DNA of 64,000 nt from Candidatus Poribacteria bacterium. GTDB lineage: Bacteria; Poribacteria; WGA-4E; PCPOR2b. The stretch is taken from assembly GCA_965116925.1 (NCBI GenBank), contig OZ220744.1:4672001-4736000 (forward strand), in the 5' to 3' direction. The position numbers and the translations under genes were made by a program. This document shows, piece by piece, positions 58,599-64,000 of this stretch (the first letter of the stretch is position 1; every line of letters starts with the position of its first letter). The notes beneath the pieces are model-generated. The model did not search any database. It was not told where the DNA came from and was given only the letters and a program-made list of their open reading frames with translations.

Positions 58599-59374
58599 TT
58601 AATTCAACCTCTGTTTCAATTTGCGTCCAATTTGCACTGGGAACTCATCTCTTTGCAGCGAGTAACGATCTCAATAGCAATAGTGGAAATCCGGGCATTT
58701 TTGGCGCGATTCTTGGCGTTGTGGTCCCGGCACTGCTCGTCATTGCCCTCGGAGGGTGTATCTATGTCTGGTTGCGCCGGAACAAACCCTCGCTGACTAC
58801 CTTATTTCCACGGCGACGAACATTAAAAACCTGGGATATATCACCACCGACATATACATCAGCTTCGCCATCTTCGATTTCTCCCCGTGGCACTGTTCGC
58901 CCTGACAGTCCTGATCTATTGACAGAACCGGATAGACAATTAGAACGCGATGAGTATGCCCTTGAGTCTATTGCACTTGTGGACCTAGAGAGGGTGCTAC
59001 CCTTGCGCGAATCAAACCGCATCCAAGAATACTACGAAGCAATTGCGATAATTATCAAGCAGTATGTGGGAGAAAAGTATCAAATTAAGAGCCTCGATAC
59101 TACTACAGGACAAATCCTATCCGCACTCCCCAACGGCTTGACCGATAGCGTTACAGATCATGTTGGTGAGATACTCCTATCATGTGACATGGTTCAATTT
59201 TCTAGGCATCGCCCCTCCCGTTCAGAATTGGACCGTATCTATCAGACAGCACGGGAGTTTCTTGAAAGCCAAATTGTTGGGGTATCCATTGAAGCAGATG
59301 AATTTAAAGTGGAAGAAGCAGCCGAGGAAGATAGTGAGATCTATAAACATTATAGGAGGCAGCTTCAAGACTGA
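58586..59374 (+). CDS. MoxR/Bat-associated membrane protein
   Basis: TM followed by EYALE..L, YY..I....KQY......TTGQI, DMVQFS; upstream of moxR. Confidence 0.6.
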   Translation: MRRIINSTSVSICVQFALGTHLFAASNDLNSNSGNPGIFGAILGVVVPALLVIALGGCIYVWLRRNKPSLTTLFPRRRTLKTWDISPPTYTSASPSSISPRGTVRPDSPDLLTEPDRQLERDEYALESIALVDLERVLPLRESNRIQEYYEAIAIIIKQYVGEKYQIKSLDTTTGQILSALPNGLTDSVTDHVGEILLSCDMVQFSRHRPSRSELDRIYQTAREFLESQIVGVSIEADEFKVEEAAEEDSEIYKHYRRQLQD

Positions 59375-59406
59375 ATCTCGGCGTTCGCCCAAATCAAGGA
59401 GCAAGG

Positions 59407-60399
59407 ATGAGAGAATCTGACCTGACAGGGTTGAACGAAAAGATTCAGGAGGCGAGCGCCTTCGTTGAAGAGATTTTTGAAGAAATACGGAAGGTTATCA
59501 TTGGACAGAAGTATATGATCGAGCGGATGATTATCGGATTACTCTGCAACGGTCATATCCTGTTAGAGGGTGTTCCCGGTCTCGCCAAGACAACCGCTGT
59601 CCAAGCACTTTCCAGCACAATTGCCGTCTCTTTCAAACGCTTGCAATTTACCCCTGACCTTCTGCCCGCCGATCTGATCGGCACCCAAATCTATAACCAA
59701 CGTTCAGGCGATTTTTATGTCAAAAAGGGTCCCATCTTCGCTAACCTTGTTCTCGCCGATGAGATTAACCGTGCCCCCGCCAAAGTGCAAAGCGCACTCC
59801 TCGAAGCGATGCAAGAACGTCAGGTCACAATCGGTGATGAGACCTACCCGCTCGACCCGCCATTCCTTGTCCTAGCAACCCAGAACCCAATCGAGCAAGA
59901 GGGAACTTACCCCCTGCCAGAAGCGCAGGTAGACCGGTTCATGCTCAAATTGCAGGTGACCTATCCCTCGCGGGCAGAAGAGCTTTCCATCTTACGACAT
60001 ATCACACGCGAAGAACCTCAACCGATTCAACAGGTTATATCTCCTCAAGAAATTATCCAACTCCGCACAACAGTCCGTGAAATCTACATGGACGAGAAGA
60101 TCGAAAACTATATTGTTGACCTCGTCTGCGCTACCCGTGAGCCAGCAAGGTATCAACTGGATCAACTGACAGATCTCATCGAATACGGCGCATCGCCACG
60201 GGCGACGATCTTCCTCGCAACGGCTGCCAAAGCGCACGCCTTTCTCCGTCATCGCGGGTATGTAACGCCAGAAGATGTCTACGCAGTGGGCATGGATGTC
60301 CTCAGACACCGCGTCATCGTCAGCTACGAAGCGGAGGCGGAAGAGATTTCTTCCGAACAGATTATCAAACAGGTTTTTGAAGGGGTCGAAGTGCCTTAG
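59407..60399 (+). CDS. moxR: MoxR-family AAA+ ATPase
   Basis: LEGVPGLAKT, QFTPDLLPAD, LADEINRAPAKVQSALLEAM, LPEAQVDRF. Confidence 0.95.
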   Translation: MRESDLTGLNEKIQEASAFVEEIFEEIRKVIIGQKYMIERMIIGLLCNGHILLEGVPGLAKTTAVQALSSTIAVSFKRLQFTPDLLPADLIGTQIYNQRSGDFYVKKGPIFANLVLADEINRAPAKVQSALLEAMQERQVTIGDETYPLDPPFLVLATQNPIEQEGTYPLPEAQVDRFMLKLQVTYPSRAEELSILRHITREEPQPIQQVISPQEIIQLRTTVREIYMDEKIENYIVDLVCATREPARYQLDQLTDLIEYGASPRATIFLATAAKAHAFLRHRGYVTPEDVYAVGMDVLRHRVIVSYEAEAEEISSEQIIKQVFEGVEVP

Positions 60400-60488
60400 A
60401 AAAGGGTCTAGTATTCTGTGCAATAAATGGGATTAAACTGATATAGATTCGTTCTTCTCCGTGCTCTCTGCGCCTCTGCGGTTGTCTT

Positions 60489-60590
60489 TATAGTAGATTT
60501 TAGAATTAATGGGACACGCCAAACCGGTGCGGTTACAAACCGCACCTACCGGGGGGCGCAAGTGTTTCTTTATTTTTTGAATTCACTATA
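60489..60590. mobile_element. MITE-like element, family D, with REP hairpin
   Basis: TATAGTAGATT...AATTCACTATA ends; GGTGCGGTT-ACA-AACCGCACCTAC inside; similar end at 33241. Confidence 0.5.
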
Positions 60591-60642
60591 ATGTCGATAA
60601 TCCACCTCCTAAGTTAGCAAGCCAATCAATGCAAGCAAAAAC

Positions 60643-61431
60643 TTAATTTCTGTTCTCCTCATCCAAAAGTTCCTCCAACTCCGCTAGAAAATCCACCGCA
60701 TCGTCCTCATCTTCGTCGTTCTCTCCTCGTTCCTCCAACTCCTCTTCCACTGATTCCAGATCTGACCGAAACTCAATCAGGTTACTCAAATAACGTTCAC
60801 GGGTAACGTTTTCCGCATCGCCATAGTTCTCGCGCAAACACTCACCACAGAATTTCCCGATGCGTTGAATTCCTAAATTGACCTGATCCAATGCACCTTG
60901 ATGGTCATCTTCCATAAGGCAAAGTTCAGCGTGCGCCATGCTGTTCATCATAAGCATATAGCCTTTATACTGGTAACTTTCCCACGCAATCTCAGAAGGG
61001 GCAAATTTCTTCGCCATATTCGTAGTAGCAAGATTTGTGTCGGTGTCTCGCTTGACATCTGCCCACCGCTTAATGCCCGCAAACAGCAGATAACGGGTAT
61101 ACCTGTCGTAAGACTCTCGGAATAAGACACGCCAATCCTCCGGCGTTAAGCCAAACCCCTCATCGCTACCGTGCTGCTGCTTATAATCCTCAAGTTGTTC
61201 GCAGAAGTACTCATAGTAGGACTCTCGCCCATGGGGTCTTTTGCCATCGGGACGCCCGGACGTATAGATACGCGAAATTGTGAACGCATTCGATTGCACT
61301 ACAACAACCTCTTTGCCTTCCGCCAACTTCAAGACCTTTATCGGGTGAGTAACATCAAACGATAAACTATCTAAAATTTCATCCAGTGCACGTACCAGAC
61401 GCGTGTTTCTTTCAACCTGATTCGTTGCCAT
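60643..61431 (-). CDS. Conserved hypothetical protein
   Basis: GRPDGKRPHG, RY, VKRDT..NL motifs; acidic tail; AAGGAG RBS. Confidence 0.7.
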   Translation of the reverse strand: MATNQVERNTRLVRALDEILDSLSFDVTHPIKVLKLAEGKEVVVVQSNAFTISRIYTSGRPDGKRPHGRESYYEYFCEQLEDYKQQHGSDEGFGLTPEDWRVLFRESYDRYTRYLLFAGIKRWADVKRDTDTNLATTNMAKKFAPSEIAWESYQYKGYMLMMNSMAHAELCLMEDDHQGALDQVNLGIQRIGKFCGECLRENYGDAENVTRERYLSNLIEFRSDLESVEEELEERGENDEDEDDAVDFLAELEELLDEENRN

Positions 61432-61543
61432 TTTTATCTCCTTCCCATCAGTATGTAGTATGCCATGTTATATTGCTAAGGTTAAGGGCACCCTGTAAAA
61501 TTTCCCAAGAATTATCTCCTTCTATTTCTTCATGCCTCACGTC

Positions 61544-64000
61544 TTATGTTACATAATAATCCTGTAACGGGGTCACAGTAATCTCGCCACGGCGGAGCGC
61601 GTCAATGCCATTGATTGCGGCTGACGCACCTGCGATCGTAGAAAACAGGGTAATCCCGTAATCAATTGCCATCTGCCGAATTAATTCTTCATTTGGACGG
61701 TGCGCATACCCGGTCGGTGTATTGATAATCAGATCGACGGCGTTGTTTTTGACATAGTCGTGGATGGTCGGACGCCCTTTGCCGATACTATGAACCAGCG
61801 TCACCTCCATACCGTTACGACGAAGCACCTTCGCTGTGCCGTGTGTGGCAATCAGTTGAAAGTCTAGATCAACTAGCTTCTTAGCGATGAAGATGATCGC
61901 ACGTTTATCTTTGTTCTTTACGCTGATGAACGCATGACCGCCGAGAGGTAACCCATAGCCTACCGCCTGTTGTGCTTTGGCAAAGGCGATGCTCAGATCT
62001 GCATCAATCCCCATCACCTCACCTGTCGATTTCATCTCAGGACCGAGCTGAGAATTTGCTCCCGGAAAACGATTGAACGGAAACACAGGTGCCTTTACTG
62101 AAAAATAATCCGGCTCAATTTCCCGTGTGAATCCAAGTTCTTCAAGGGTCCTTCCCGTCATGATGCGGGCGGCGAGTTTTGCCAAGGGCACCCCAATGGT
62201 CTTGCTCACAAACGGCACGGTTCGCGATGCCCGCGGGTTGACTTCTAACACATAAATCTCATCGTTTTTTATCGCATACTGTATATTCATCAGTCCGCGC
62301 ACGTTGAGTGCCTTCGCAAGCGCGTCAGTATATTCCTTGAGCGTATCAATCTGCTCCTCAACAAGGGTGTAAGGCGGCAGCACACAGTCACTGTCTCCGG
62401 AGTGGATTCCTGCTTCTTCGATATGTTCCATGATTCCGCCAACGACGGTAAGATTCCCGTCGGAAATCGCATCAACGTCAACTTCGATCGCATCCTCAAC
62501 ATACTTATCGATCAACACAGGATGCTCCGGTGAAGCTGCGACCGCCGAATCCATATATGCCTCTAAAGCCTCCGGATCATAGACAATCTGCATTGCCCGT
62601 CCTCCCAAAACATACGAAGGACGCACCATAACCGGGTATCCAAGCGCAGCGGCAATCGGCTTCGCTTCTTCGACCGAAGTTGCCGTCCCATTTGGGGCTT
62701 GCTTCAAGCCGAGCCCATCGAGCAGCTCTGTAAATTGTTTTCGATCTTCAGATCGTGCAATGTCTTCTGGACTTGTCCCGATAATTGGAACACCCGCTTT
62801 CTGGAGTCCGAGCGCGAGATTCAAGGGTGTCTGTCCGCCAAGCTGTACGATGACCCCGTCCGGCTTTTCTCGATCAACGATGTTCAACACATTTTCGTGC
62901 GTAAGCGGTTCAAAGTAGAGTCGATCCGAGGTATCGTAATCCGTGCTCACGGTTTCGGGATTGCTGTTAACCATAATGGTCTCATAGTTATCCTCTTTAA
63001 GCGCGAGTGCCGCGTGAACGCAGCAGTAATCGAACTCAATTCCTTGACCGATTCGATTTGGACCGCTGCCCAAAATCAAGATCTTCTTCTTCCGGCTGGG
63101 TCTGACCTCATCCTCCATGCCATAGGTGGAATAGTAGTAAGGTGTCTCCGCTTCAAACTCCGCAGCACATGTATCCACTGTCTTAAACGTCGCTTCAATC
63201 CCGTGTTCCTTCCGCAGCCCTCGGATACTCTCTTCAGAGGCGTCCCAAAGCTCCCCTATCTGACGGTCTGAAAAGCCGTACTGCTTTGCCTTGTGGAGCA
63301 GGGAAACGGACGAATCAGGCAGCTGAGAAATATCCAAAGCGTCCAATTTACTCTCGCTTCCGACTTTCCGAATTTCTTCTTCAAAATCGACAATCTCCTT
63401 TATATTATACAGAAAAAATGGATCGATGTGTGTATATCCGTGAATCTGTTCGATACTCATTCCACTTTGGAATGCCTGCTTTATATATAGGATCCGTTCC
63501 ATATTGGGGATGGTCAGCTTCTGCGGAAGCTCTGATACCGGCAATTTCTCAATGGGGTGACTGTCGAGTCCCATCCAACCGTTTTCTAAGGATCTCAACC
63601 CTTTCTGCAAGGATTCCTTGAACGTCCGTCCAATTGCCATCGCTTCACCCACGGACTTCATCATCGTCGTCAGCGTCTCATCGGTGCCAGCAAATTTCTC
63701 AAATGCCCAACGCGGAATCTTTGTCACAACGTAATCAATAGTCGGTTCAAACGATGCAGGGGTTTGGCGCGTAATATCGTTGGGAAGCTCGTCGAGTGTG
63801 TATCCGACAGCCAGCTTCGCTGCGATCTTCGCTATCGGAAACCCAGTTGCTTTCGAGGCAAGCGCAGAACTCCGTGAGACCCGCGGGTTCATTTCAATCA
63901 CAACCTGTTTCCCTGTATCTGGATCGACCGCAAACTGGATATTTGAGCCGCCCGTATCCACGCCAATTTCACGAATAATTTTAATCGCCGCATCCCGCAT
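61544..64000 (-). CDS. carB: Carbamoyl-phosphate synthase large subunit (5' end outside window)
   Basis: IEMNPRVSRSSALASKATG, GPNRIGQGIEFDY, RPSYVLGG, MGS-like tail. Confidence 0.98.
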   Translation of the reverse strand: MRDAAIKIIREIGVDTGGSNIQFAVDPDTGKQVVIEMNPRVSRSSALASKATGFPIAKIAAKLAVGYTLDELPNDITRQTPASFEPTIDYVVTKIPRWAFEKFAGTDETLTTMMKSVGEAMAIGRTFKESLQKGLRSLENGWMGLDSHPIEKLPVSELPQKLTIPNMERILYIKQAFQSGMSIEQIHGYTHIDPFFLYNIKEIVDFEEEIRKVGSESKLDALDISQLPDSSVSLLHKAKQYGFSDRQIGELWDASEESIRGLRKEHGIEATFKTVDTCAAEFEAETPYYYSTYGMEDEVRPSRKKKILILGSGPNRIGQGIEFDYCCVHAALALKEDNYETIMVNSNPETVSTDYDTSDRLYFEPLTHENVLNIVDREKPDGVIVQLGGQTPLNLALGLQKAGVPIIGTSPEDIARSEDRKQFTELLDGLGLKQAPNGTATSVEEAKPIAAALGYPVMVRPSYVLGGRAMQIVYDPEALEAYMDSAVAASPEHPVLIDKYVEDAIEVDVDAISDGNLTVVGGIMEHIEEAGIHSGDSDCVLPPYTLVEEQIDTLKEYTDALAKALNVRGLMNIQYAIKNDEIYVLEVNPRASRTVPFVSKTIGVPLAKLAARIMTGRTLEELGFTREIEPDYFSVKAPVFPFNRFPGANSQLGPEMKSTGEVMGIDADLSIAFAKAQQAVGYGLPLGGHAFISVKNKDKRAIIFIAKKLVDLDFQLIATHGTAKVLRRNGMEVTLVHSIGKGRPTIHDYVKNNAVDLIINTPTGYAHRPNEELIRQMAIDYGITLFSTIAGASAAINGIDALRRGEITVTPLQDYYVT

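Noticed and set aside
1..64000. Remaining short overlapping or antisense ORFs in the track; other TGA stops as Sec; tRNA/rRNA genes
   Set aside because: Shadow ORFs lack RBS or motifs and overlap well-supported genes; other TGA codons end apparently complete proteins; no tRNA or rRNA signature was recognised by eye.

Overview
Bacterial chromosomal window of about 50 genes. No rRNA, tRNA, CRISPR array or transposase was recognised. Six PhyH-family Fe/2OG oxygenases, sugar-acid enzymes, secreted PD40 beta-propellers ending in a 'K-x-F-T-x-W-G-x-L-K' tail and repeat-packed intergenic DNA suggest Candidatus Poribacteria or a similar lineage (inference). Housekeeping genes include miaA, trxB, a glutaredoxin, ndk, a DnaJ-class chaperone, yqeY, moxR/bat genes and partial carB. 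Highlights: (1) an accessory locus at 79-10640, where a cytoplasmic HTH + family-5 solute-binding regulator precedes a duplicated cassette of a small secreted His/Cys-rich peptide gene facing TolB-like six-bladed propeller genes, with conserved promoter motifs and RNA hairpins; (2) two probable selenoproteins split by the ORF caller at in-frame TGA codons, each followed by a SECIS-like hairpin (AhpD-like CxxU at 32483-33064; redoxin UPKD at 48702-49262); (3) two PhyH proteins with HxG instead of HxD; (4) several MITE families with target-site duplications carrying interchangeable REP-like hairpins, with some repeats translated inside genes. All product calls come from motif recognition by eye; no database search was run.
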